Origin: a virus
Taxonomy: Duplodnaviria > Caudoviricetes
DNA length: 57,647 nucleotides
Virus record (IMG/VR): IMGVR_UViG_3300042514_000067
Span: 1-57,647 of that record
Reading direction: 5' to 3' (one strand)
Shown here: positions 8,335 through 16,574 of the stretch, piece after piece
How the letters are laid out: every line of letters begins with the position of its first letter
Numbering within the stretch: position 1 is the stretch's first letter
Notes under the pieces: model-generated
Seen by the model: only the letters and a program-made list of their open reading frames with translations
Told to the model about the DNA's origin: nothing
Database searches by the model: none
Position numbers and translations under genes: made by a program

Positions 8335-10148
8335 ACATATTAACGATTGACTTCGAGACATATTATTCTCGGGAGTTCTCGCTAACAAAAGTTACCACAG
8401 AGGAATACATTCGTAGCCCGCAGTTTGAAGCTATTGGCGTAGCCGTACAGGTAGACGATGGTGAGCCCGAGTGGTTCAGCGGTGATGGTGAAGCCATGCA
8501 CCAGTTCCTCAAGAAGTTTGATTGGGCGAACTCTTTGGCGTTAGCGCACAACGCCCCGTTCGATGGAGCGATTTTGAAGTGGGTCTACGGACTCAGCCCC
8601 AAAGGTTGGCTTGATACTTTATCTATGGGTAGAGCCTTGCATGGTACGCAAGTAGGCGGAAGCTTAAAGGTGCTGGCAAGTTATTACAACATTGGCGAGA
8701 AGGGTACAGAAGTTGGTGACGCATTAGGTTTACGTCGTGCCGACTTCAGCCCCGAGCAGTTAGCAAGCTATGGTGAGTATTGCAAGAATGACGTAACCCT
8801 CACGTGGAATTTGTTTGGGCAGATGAGCAAAGGCTTTCCCGCAGTTGAGTTGCGCCTGATTGATTTGACTGTACGCATGTTCACCGAGCCAGTCTTGCAG
8901 TTAGATGCAAACAAACTTAGGATTCATTTGGATACAGAGCGAACCCGCAAGGAAGAGCTACTCGAAAACTTTGCAAGAGAAGACTTGATGAGCAACCCAA
9001 AGTTTGCGGCTACGTTGGTTGCGTTTGGTGTTGAGCCCCCAATGAAAGTCAGCCCCGCAACAGGTAAGCAGACTTATGCGTTCTCTAAAACAGACGAAGA
9101 GTTCAAGGCTTTACTCGAGCATGAGAACCCCGCAGTTCAATCTTTAGTGGCAGCGAGATTTGGTACTAAGTCTACGATAGAAGAAACAAGGACTGAGAGG
9201 TTTCTTGGTATTGCCAATCGTGGTGCTTTACCTATACCACTACGCTACTATGCCGCGCATACAGGGCGGTGGGGTGGTGATGACAAGTTGAACTTGCAGA
9301 ACCTACCAAGGAACTCAATGCTCAAGGAGGCGATCATTGCCCCGAACGGCTACATGATGATTGATTCAGACTCATCACAAATTGAAGCCCGTACGCTCGC
9401 ATGGCTTGCGGAACAGGACGACTTAGTTGACGCATTTGATCGGGGCGAAGATGTATACAAAATCATGGCATCTGCTATCTATGGCAAAGACGTCACGGAG
9501 ATTACGAAGGACGAGAGATTCGTTGGTAAGACCACTATCCTTGGTTGTGGGTACGGTATGGGTGCGAAGAAGTTCCAAGCTCAACTCAAAAACTTTAATG
9601 TGGCGATTGACTTGGATGAAGCAACACGGATTATCGACACGTACCGCGCAACGTATCCGAAGATTACTGAGCTATGGAAGTCTGCGGCGTCAGCCCTCAA
9701 AGCTGTATTACAGAACCAACAGACTACGTTAGGCCGAGGCGGTGTCTTAAAGATAGATGGTAGCAGTGGCGTGCTACTACCAAATGGTTTGTACCTACGC
9801 TATCCCAACCTACGCATACTTCAGAACGACGAAGGTAAGTCTGAGCTGGTGTACGACACCAAGAAGGGCAAAGCAATTATCCCAACACGCATTTATGGTG
9901 GCAAGGTAATTGAGAATGTATGTCAAGCCTTAGCTCGCATCGTGATCGGTGAGCAGATGCTCTTGGTTGCAAAGAAGTACCGAGTCGTGATGACCGTACA
10001 TGATGCCATCGCTTGTATTGTTCCGTACGAACAAGTTAAAACCGCTTTGGAGTACGTTGAGATGTGCATGCGCACCCGCCCGGATTGGGGCATGGAGTTA
10101 CCACTAAACTGCGAAGCAGGATATGGGACAGATTATGGAGCATGCTAA
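8331..10148 (+). CDS. polA: Family A DNA polymerase (3'-5' exonuclease + polymerase)
   Basis: ExoI DFET, ExoII AHNAPFD, ExoIII YCKND; NLQNLP, motif A DSSQIEAR, motif B KTTILGCGYG, motif C VHDA. Confidence 0.95.
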   Translation: MNILTIDFETYYSREFSLTKVTTEEYIRSPQFEAIGVAVQVDDGEPEWFSGDGEAMHQFLKKFDWANSLALAHNAPFDGAILKWVYGLSPKGWLDTLSMGRALHGTQVGGSLKVLASYYNIGEKGTEVGDALGLRRADFSPEQLASYGEYCKNDVTLTWNLFGQMSKGFPAVELRLIDLTVRMFTEPVLQLDANKLRIHLDTERTRKEELLENFAREDLMSNPKFAATLVAFGVEPPMKVSPATGKQTYAFSKTDEEFKALLEHENPAVQSLVAARFGTKSTIEETRTERFLGIANRGALPIPLRYYAAHTGRWGGDDKLNLQNLPRNSMLKEAIIAPNGYMMIDSDSSQIEARTLAWLAEQDDLVDAFDRGEDVYKIMASAIYGKDVTEITKDERFVGKTTILGCGYGMGAKKFQAQLKNFNVAIDLDEATRIIDTYRATYPKITELWKSAASALKAVLQNQQTTLGRGGVLKIDGSSGVLLPNGLYLRYPNLRILQNDEGKSELVYDTKKGKAIIPTRIYGGKVIENVCQALARIVIGEQMLLVAKKYRVVMTVHDAIACIVPYEQVKTALEYVEMCMRTRPDWGMELPLNCEAGYGTDYGAC

Positions 10149-10359
10149 AAAAGAGCCAAAAGTGCGGCTTGGTCAAGTTATTTCGTTTGCTATGTTGGCG
10201 GGATTACTTCCACACGACCAAGAAAATAAGTCGATTGATGAAATGGAAGTTCGCGGCGACTTTACCAGTCTGATGCAGTTTGCGGAACTAATATATCAAG
10301 ACATAAAGGCTGACGAAGACTTTGAAGAGTTGTTAAAGAAAGGACTAGACGACCTATGA
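10135..10359 (+). CDS. hypothetical protein
   Basis: ORF in tightly packed + strand operon; start uncertain. Confidence 0.6.
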   Translation: MEHAKKEPKVRLGQVISFAMLAGLLPHDQENKSIDEMEVRGDFTSLMQFAELIYQDIKADEDFEELLKKGLDDL

Positions 10360-10559
10360 CAGATGAAGAAAGAGAAATGGATTTGAACATTGCCGATTTG
10401 GAAGTTGAGAATCGGCTGATGAGAGCGCGTATAGATAGGTTGGAACGTGTTGAGTCTGCGGCTAAGGCCGTGGTGAATTCGTTTAGCAACAGCATTGATT
10501 ACAACAGTTGGGATAAAGCACTTGATAGATTAGAAACCATATTAAAGGAAAAACCATGA
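10356..10559 (+). CDS. hypothetical coiled-coil protein
   Basis: ATGA-coupled ORF. Confidence 0.7.
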   Translation: MTDEEREMDLNIADLEVENRLMRARIDRLERVESAAKAVVNSFSNSIDYNSWDKALDRLETILKEKP

Positions 10560-10741
10560 AAGATAGCACCGAAATCCAAGCGTTCCCCGATGAAAGAAAC
10601 TTTGGTATCAGCATACGCGATTATTTTGCGGCAAGAGCTTTGCAAAGTTTTCTAGCTGGGGATTACGATTTGTATCCACATGAAGCGGCACAAAAAGCGT
10701 ACGCAATTGCGGACGAAATGATAAAAGCGAGAGAGGAATGA
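10556..10741 (+). CDS. conserved small phage protein (RDYFAA motif)
   Basis: AFP...GISIRDYFAARALQ...AYAIADEMIKAR. Confidence 0.8.
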   Translation: MKDSTEIQAFPDERNFGISIRDYFAARALQSFLAGDYDLYPHEAAQKAYAIADEMIKAREE

Positions 10742-10833
10742 CTTGGCCTTTCCCACCATTTCCAAACCCCAAGGACACGGGCAACCGAGTCCCTAAGTTC
10801 AACCCTGACAACCATGAGGACGCACCGCGATGA
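10738..10833 (+). CDS. 31-aa Pro-rich peptide (not in ORF track)
   Basis: MTWPFPPFPNPKD...HEDAPR; ATGA-coupled at both ends, filling the gap exactly. Confidence 0.65.
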   Translation: MTWPFPPFPNPKDTGNRVPKFNPDNHEDAPR

Positions 10834-11057
10834 ACAGAAAAGAGATTCTTGAAATTGCAAACGAAACCGGCATACAAGCAGAGCGTCAATACAACATCAT
10901 AGATTTTGCTTCGCGTATAGCTGAAGCCGAACGCAAGGTGATGCAAGCCAAGATTGAAACCATATACGCCATGTACGAACTAGCAGTCAAGCAACGAGAT
11001 TATCTGATGGATGAACAACGGGCGCAGGTTGCGGCTATGCGGGGAAGGATGCAATGA
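10830..11057 (+). CDS. hypothetical protein
   Basis: coupled ORF. Confidence 0.7.
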   Translation: MNRKEILEIANETGIQAERQYNIIDFASRIAEAERKVMQAKIETIYAMYELAVKQRDYLMDEQRAQVAAMRGRMQ

Positions 11058-11302
11058 AACAAGAAGACATTATTCGCATGGCAAGAGAGGCGGGACTGCA
11101 CTACTCCGGTAGGTGCACCCTTACAGGTATGGAAAGCCATATTGAACGCTTTGCCGCCCTTGTCGCCTCTGCCGAGCGTGAGGCGTGTGCAAAGGATTTA
11201 GATGATGCATCAGAAGCGGCAAAAGATGTTGACCCACAAGGGTTTGTCTGGAGAGCCGTTAAAGATTGTGCTGATGCCATCCGAGCAAGGGGACAAGCAT
11301 GA
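11054..11302 (+). CDS. conserved small phage protein (EREACA motif)
   Basis: IIRMAREAG...ERFAALV...EREACA...ADAIRARG. Confidence 0.75.
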   Translation: MKQEDIIRMAREAGLHYSGRCTLTGMESHIERFAALVASAEREACAKDLDDASEAAKDVDPQGFVWRAVKDCADAIRARGQA

Positions 11303-11406
11303 CTGACCTATTAGTTGACATGACCATTGAGATCTTGTTTGTTGTTGTACTGTCATTTCTGTTTGGTTTTATTTCAGCTTGGGTAAAGGATAAAAATAAT
11401 GGATGA
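11299..11406 (+). CDS. 35-aa single-TM peptide (not in ORF track); paralog of 34389-34499
   Basis: MTDLLVDMTIEILFVVVLSFLFGFISAWVKDKNNG; ATGA coupling. Confidence 0.7.
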   Translation: MTDLLVDMTIEILFVVVLSFLFGFISAWVKDKNNG

Positions 11407-11611
11407 CTGTCCAAACTGTGAGTACCATAGGAAACGAGCACAACTATGGCGCGAGGAAGCTTACAAGCTATCAGGGCATCCGTTGCCTGATTATTTACCC
11501 ACTGTACGTAACGACGTACTAGAAGAGGTAGCTAAGGAGTTTGAAAAGATGAAGCCATTTGGCGACACCGCCGCATCGTTTGCTGTATTTGTACGGAGCA
11601 TGAAGCGATGA
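11399..11611 (+). CDS. hypothetical protein
   Basis: CPNC; RNDVLEEVA motif. Confidence 0.7.
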   Translation: MDDCPNCEYHRKRAQLWREEAYKLSGHPLPDYLPTVRNDVLEEVAKEFEKMKPFGDTAASFAVFVRSMKR

Positions 11612-11844
11612 TTAAATACGACGGCTACGACGAAGCGATCATTGGGCCCGCAAGCATTTGGCGTGACAGTACGCAAGTATCTGTATTAGTATATGACGCG
11701 GAGAAAATACGGGAAGTCCTTATGCGAGACGGCATGGATGCCGAGGAAGCACGGGAGTTCATTGAGTTCAACATTGAAGGCGGCTACTTAGGAATTGAAA
11801 CCCCTGTGCTAGTTTGGCCTAACGATATATGGGATGAAGAATGA
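11608..11844 (+). CDS. conserved phage hypothetical protein
   Basis: DGYDEAIIG...YD..K...GM..EEA.EFIEFNIEGGYLG..TP. Confidence 0.8.
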   Translation: MIKYDGYDEAIIGPASIWRDSTQVSVLVYDAEKIREVLMRDGMDAEEAREFIEFNIEGGYLGIETPVLVWPNDIWDEE

Positions 11845-12503
11845 GTATTGTTTGGTCATTCAGTAGCCTGAAAACATTTCAGCAGTGCCCTAAGAAGTAC
11901 TACCACACCAAGATAGCCAAGGATATTGTTGAACCCGATACACAGGCAACACTGTATGGAAAGACAGCGCATACTGTAGCCGAGGAATATATTAGGGACG
12001 GAACCCCGATCCCTGAACAGTTTGCGTATATGCAAGCTACCTTAGATGTTTTAAAAAGTATCCCGGGGGATAAGTTATGCGAAGTAAAACTTGGGTTGAC
12101 GAAGAACTTAGAGTCGTGCGACTTCGATGCTCCGGATGTATGGTGGCATGGGGTAGCGGATTTGGTGATTATCAATCGGACGACAGGGACAGCACACTCC
12201 ATAGACTACAAGACAAGCAAGAGTGCGAGATATGCGGACGTGAAGCAACTCGATCTTGTCGCTTGTGGATTATTCGCCAAGTTTCCGGAGATCAAAAGGG
12301 TGAAGTCGGCTCTATTGTTTGTAGTCAGCAAGGAATTCGTGAGGGCGATTCACCACTCGGAGATGATGCCAAAGTACATAGAACCCGCCGCCCGAGACGT
12401 AGCAAGAATTGAGGCGGCATTAGACAACGGGGTATGGAACCCCATCCAAGGCCCACTGTGCAAGTTCTGCTCAGTGCGGGAATGTGAATACAACAGGAAC
12501 TAA
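11841..12503 (+). CDS. PD-(D/E)xK exonuclease, Cas4/RecB-like
   Basis: WSFSSL...CP, G...H, AD...DYKT, C-terminal CKFC....C. Confidence 0.85.
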   Translation: MSIVWSFSSLKTFQQCPKKYYHTKIAKDIVEPDTQATLYGKTAHTVAEEYIRDGTPIPEQFAYMQATLDVLKSIPGDKLCEVKLGLTKNLESCDFDAPDVWWHGVADLVIINRTTGTAHSIDYKTSKSARYADVKQLDLVACGLFAKFPEIKRVKSALLFVVSKEFVRAIHHSEMMPKYIEPAARDVARIEAALDNGVWNPIQGPLCKFCSVRECEYNRN

Positions 12504-12506
12504 AGT

Positions 12507-12842
12507 ATGGCTAACGAGTTCGAAGATAAAGTTGCAGAGGTGAAAGCCAACTACCCCGACCTGACCCAGTTTGGTTTTGGTGGGGAAGGTGAGATTCGCA
12601 TGGAAGCCGTAAACCTCTGCGCCGAGTGGTTGCTTGAGCATGATGGGCTTGACCGACGCAAGACTATAAACATGGGTTTCAGCAGTTACGCACTAAAGCA
12701 TGCTGTGGAACGTGACAAGGATACGTATATAGCTAACGGCGAGTTCATTTGCGCGGCTCTAGCACTTGGTTACAAGATGCGGAGACCAAAACACAAAACC
12801 GCTAACGCGTTCTTTAACACTAAAAACTTTTTAAGGAACTAA
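12507..12842 (+). CDS. hypothetical protein (SSY.LKH...NGEFI motif)
   Basis: AGGA RBS; flanked by AGGAACTAA direct repeats. Confidence 0.75.
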   Translation: MANEFEDKVAEVKANYPDLTQFGFGGEGEIRMEAVNLCAEWLLEHDGLDRRKTINMGFSSYALKHAVERDKDTYIANGEFICAALALGYKMRRPKHKTANAFFNTKNFLRN

Positions 12843-12843
12843 T

Positions 12844-13170
12844 ATGACACAAATGCCCAATGACGAAATAGACACAGCCCTGATTCTTGAAAATGAACTT
12901 AAACGCAGGGTGCGAGAGGTTGCAATTAAGATTGTGAACGAAGAAGTAGCTAGGCAAATGGGGGTGATTTTTGCCGAGCAGAAAGCTAAAATGATGATGG
13001 AGATCAGTATTAGCATCGGGCAGATGTTAAACCTGATACAGAAAGAAGACCGCAAGCCTTTATGGGAAGCTAGCCCCGAAGACTTTGGCTTAACCCGCGA
13101 AGAGCTTAACCGCTCACACATAGAAAAGGATACTGACCATGCCCTACGTAAACAAACCCCGACCATATAA
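12844..13170 (+). CDS. hypothetical protein
   Basis: ORF with AAGGA RBS. Confidence 0.7.
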   Translation: MTQMPNDEIDTALILENELKRRVREVAIKIVNEEVARQMGVIFAEQKAKMMMEISISIGQMLNLIQKEDRKPLWEASPEDFGLTREELNRSHIEKDTDHALRKQTPTI

Positions 13171-13453
13171 AAAAGAATATCAGCAGCAGATTGCTCGTGG
13201 TGAAAGCCCAGATCGTTTAGAGCGTCAGCGTGCTAGAGAAGGTATAGATAAAAAGAATGCAGACAAAAACAAAGATGGACGTGCTGACGTCCGCGAAGGA
13301 AAAGATGTTGCTCACATCAAAGCACTATCTAAGGGTGGCACAAACGGGAACGGAGTCAAACTTCAAACCCCATCAGCCAATCGCTCGTTCAAACGTGGCT
13401 CAAACCACAAAGTCGTATCAGAAATAAGCACCAAGGAACGTAAGAAAAAATGA
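13139..13453 (+). CDS. HNH-like endonuclease
   Basis: GKDVAHIKALSKGG.N...ANRSF. Confidence 0.7.
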   Translation: MPYVNKPRPYKKEYQQQIARGESPDRLERQRAREGIDKKNADKNKDGRADVREGKDVAHIKALSKGGTNGNGVKLQTPSANRSFKRGSNHKVVSEISTKERKKK

Positions 13454-14853
13454 ACCTATCAGAATATACGTGGCCTCGTCCCCCGGGGTTCACGCCGTTC
13501 GAACATCAGAAGACAACAGCAGAGTTCCTTACAACAAACCGCAAGGCGTTCTGCTTTAACGAGCAAGGTACAGGTAAGACAGCATCAGTAATTTGGGCAG
13601 TCGACTACCTCATGACCCTTGGATTAGTGAAGCGTGTATTAGTGATCTGCCCTCTGTCGATCATGAAGTCGGCTTGGCAGAATGATTTGTTTAAGTTTGC
13701 AATACACCGTACCGTATCAGTCGCTTATGGAGCCGCACGTAAGCGCAAAGAGATTGTGAGTCTTGGTGCCGAGTTCGTTGTCATTAACTTTGATGGTGTT
13801 GGCATCGTTAAAAAAGAAATTATGGCGGGTGGGTTTGATCTCATCGTAGTAGATGAAGCGTCAGCCTATAAGAATGCGCAGACCGAGCGTTGGAAAGACC
13901 TGCGTGACCTAACAAAAGTTATCAAAGGTCTGTGGATGCTGACTGGTACGCCTGCCGCGCAATCGCCTGTGGATGCTTACGGATTGGCAAAGCTTGTGAA
14001 CCCCAAGGGCGTGTCGCCTTTCTTTGGTCAGTTCCGAGACACAGTGATGATGAAGCTCACTATGTACAAGTGGATACCTAAGCCGACGTCACAACTCATT
14101 GTGCATAAAGCACTGCAACCCGCCATTCGGTTTGAGAAAGCCGACTGCCTTGATTTGCCGCCCGTTACATTTGTTGAGCGAGATGCACCATTAACACCGC
14201 AGCAGTTAAAGTTCTACAACATACTGAAGAAGCAGATGCTGATTGAGGCCGCTGGTGAAGAGGTATCAGCAGTTAATGCTGCCGTACAAATTAACAAACT
14301 CTTGCAAATAGCTGGAGGTGCGGTGTATACGGATACGCACGAAGTAGTTGAGTTTGATGTGAGTAGTCGGCTCAACGTGGTGCAAGAGGTTATTGAAGAG
14401 TCAAGCCACAAGGTGCTTGTGTTCGTTCCGTTTACGCATACGATTGAATTACTCGAGAAGCATTTAGTAAAGCACAACATTACATGCGAAGTAATTAACG
14501 GCTCGGTCTCTGTAAACAAACGCTCCGATATTGTCAAGCAGTTTCAAGAGCAACCAGAACCAAAAGTATTAATCATTCAACCGAAGGCGGCATCACACGG
14601 GTTAACACTAACCGCCGCTAACACAATCATTTGGTATGCTCCATGCACAAGTGTTGAAACGTACTTGCAAGCCAACGCACGTATCGACCGCCCCGGGCAA
14701 GTCAACAACATGACTGTGGTACACATCAAGGGTAGCCCTATTGAGGCCAAGATGTACACGATGCTTCAGGGCAACATAAACAACCACCAAAAAGTAATTG
14801 ATCTGTACAAGCAAGAAATTTCTTCGGAAACTCTTGACAATGTAAAAAGTTAG
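13450..14853 (+). CDS. SNF2-family helicase
   Basis: QGTGKT, VDEA, TGTP, HGLTLT, QANARIDRPGQ. Confidence 0.92.
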   Translation: MNLSEYTWPRPPGFTPFEHQKTTAEFLTTNRKAFCFNEQGTGKTASVIWAVDYLMTLGLVKRVLVICPLSIMKSAWQNDLFKFAIHRTVSVAYGAARKRKEIVSLGAEFVVINFDGVGIVKKEIMAGGFDLIVVDEASAYKNAQTERWKDLRDLTKVIKGLWMLTGTPAAQSPVDAYGLAKLVNPKGVSPFFGQFRDTVMMKLTMYKWIPKPTSQLIVHKALQPAIRFEKADCLDLPPVTFVERDAPLTPQQLKFYNILKKQMLIEAAGEEVSAVNAAVQINKLLQIAGGAVYTDTHEVVEFDVSSRLNVVQEVIEESSHKVLVFVPFTHTIELLEKHLVKHNITCEVINGSVSVNKRSDIVKQFQEQPEPKVLIIQPKAASHGLTLTAANTIIWYAPCTSVETYLQANARIDRPGQVNNMTVVHIKGSPIEAKMYTMLQGNINNHQKVIDLYKQEISSETLDNVKS

Positions 14854-14861
14854 AGTACACT
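14834..14861 (+). promoter_or_regulatory. sigma70-type promoter, same class as 6985-7012
   Basis: TTGACA-ATGTAAAAAGTTAGAG-TACACT (16-bp spacer). Confidence 0.65.
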
Positions 14862-14867
14862 TGTATT

Positions 14868-14963
14868 TGTGTGGCAGTGGTGGGTATCGGGTTAGCGCCG
14901 ATACATGCGCTCCATTGTTGTTAGGACGAAACACTGCTTCATGTGAACTGCTACTGTCACACA
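14868..14963 (+). ncRNA. Candidate structured leader/sRNA
   Basis: Closing stem 14869-14880/14951-14962 (with G-U pairs), inner perfect hairpin GTATCGG/CCGATAC with loop GTTAGCG. Confidence 0.55.
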
Positions 14964-14984
14964 CTTAACCATTAGGAGAATTAG

Positions 14985-15410
14985 ATGGACGAAGAAGTCA
15001 AGGATAGAGTTACCCCCTTAGATTTGGACAAGCTGACCACAATCTATATCAAGATCAGAGACAAACGTGCCGACAACAAACGCATGTTCGAAGCTGAAGA
15101 CAACGATCTCAAAGAGCAGATGGAAGTGTTAGAAGCACAGATGCTCGATGTATGCAAAGACATGAATGCTGATAGCATTCGCACCCCACACGGCACAATT
15201 ATTCGCTCGGTAAAGTCACGGTACTGGACGAATGATTGGGATTCAATGTACGACTTCATAGAGGAGCACGGTGCATTTGGCCTGTTAGAGAAGAGACTTC
15301 ATCAAACAAACATGAAGGAGTTTTTATCTGAGAATCCCGAAGTTCTACCACTTGGTCTCAATGTGGAGAATTCTTATTCCGTGGTAGTTAGACGTTCAAA
15401 GGAAAAATGA
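14985..15410 (+). CDS. conserved phage replication-module protein
   Basis: AGGAG RBS; N-terminal coiled coil, SIRT.HGT, DWD...FI, LLEKR. Confidence 0.8.
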   Translation: MDEEVKDRVTPLDLDKLTTIYIKIRDKRADNKRMFEAEDNDLKEQMEVLEAQMLDVCKDMNADSIRTPHGTIIRSVKSRYWTNDWDSMYDFIEEHGAFGLLEKRLHQTNMKEFLSENPEVLPLGLNVENSYSVVVRRSKEK

Positions 15411-15411
15411 A

Positions 15412-16302
15412 ATGAGTAATCTCACAATCATCAACGAAGACTTGCCCGACTTCCTGCAATCAGCAGGTGTCAGCGCACTTACAAAACAACTCGCCGGTAA
15501 GACTGGCGTTAAGCGCATTGTGCCCAAAAACGGAATCTTCCGTAAGACGGTTGGTGGTGAAGAGATGGGGAAGGTCAAGGGTAGCCTAGACGTCATCATC
15601 GTTAACGCATCCCCTGCTGTGGGTCGTATCTTCTATGCAAAAGCATGGAGTCCCGATGCTGAGCCAACTGCGCCCGACTGCTTCTCTAACGACGGACGCA
15701 CACCTGATGCCGGAGCCGAGAACCCACAGTCTGAGCGTTGCGACAACTGCCAACAGAACATCAAAGGTTCAGGCATGGGCAACTCTAAGTCTTGCCGGTA
15801 CTCACGCCGTATTGCTATGGTGTTGAAAGAGGATTTCGGTACTTCACTTGAAGGCGAAGTCTATCAAATGAACTTGGCTTCTAAGTCATTGTTCGGTGAA
15901 GGCGCGGGTGAAAACACTCACACCTTTGAAAACTACTCTAAGTACTTGTCCAACAACGGCAAGAGCTTGGACTACGTTGTTACGCAGATCAGCTTCAACG
16001 AAGAGAACGACAACCAATCTGTGTTGTTCACGCCGACTGGCTACATTAACAAAGCGCAGTACGCTGTGACTAGCGAAGTAGCTAAGAAGCCTGACGTGCT
16101 GAAGATGGTCGTTATGACACCATACCAAGCTGATATGGCGGGCAAGCAAGCTAAGTTAGAAGCACCAGCCCCTAAAGCCGCCGCGCCTAAAGTTGAGTCT
16201 CCGATTGAAGAGCCGACTAAGCGTGAAAAGAAAGCTGAACCTAAACCCACAGTTAAGAAAGACCTTGACTCTGTGGTGAAGGCTTGGAGCGACGAGGAGT
16301 AA
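15412..16302 (+). CDS. putative ssDNA-binding/annealing protein
   Basis: Position before primase; PDC.S.DG, C..C, GS...KSC motif; low-complexity linker and acidic WSDEE tail. Confidence 0.6.
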   Translation: MSNLTIINEDLPDFLQSAGVSALTKQLAGKTGVKRIVPKNGIFRKTVGGEEMGKVKGSLDVIIVNASPAVGRIFYAKAWSPDAEPTAPDCFSNDGRTPDAGAENPQSERCDNCQQNIKGSGMGNSKSCRYSRRIAMVLKEDFGTSLEGEVYQMNLASKSLFGEGAGENTHTFENYSKYLSNNGKSLDYVVTQISFNEENDNQSVLFTPTGYINKAQYAVTSEVAKKPDVLKMVVMTPYQADMAGKQAKLEAPAPKAAAPKVESPIEEPTKREKKAEPKPTVKKDLDSVVKAWSDEE

Positions 16303-16304
16303 AT

Positions 16305-16574
16305 ATGTCCTATGGTTACAGCCAACGCTTAGTTGACTTCATTAAAAACGATAATTCTAAGTCGTTGGATGTGGCTTTAGGAAAGTTCATACTCCGTAAC
16401 AATATTCCGGTCGCCGAAGTATCAGAAGCTCTAGGGGTAAGTCGAATGACGATTTACAACTGGCTGACCAAAGATACCCACCCCTCAAGAGAAAACGGTG
16501 TTCGGATTATTGGATGGATGAGAACCTACAAAAAAGCCCAAAGAAAAGCAAAAGAAAAAAATGTCCCACTTTGA
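16305..16574 (+). CDS. XRE/Cro-type HTH regulator
   Basis: VAEVSEALGVSRMTIYNW; GAGGAG RBS. Confidence 0.85.
   Translation: MSYGYSQRLVDFIKNDNSKSLDVALGKFILRNNIPVAEVSEALGVSRMTIYNWLTKDTHPSRENGVRIIGWMRTYKKAQRKAKEKNVPL

Noticed and set aside
14915-14945. Hammerhead (AGGACGAAAC) or twister (AACACUGC) ribozyme
   Set aside because: No CUGANGA core for hammerhead, and the remaining twister elements could not be placed; kept only as an unassigned structured RNA
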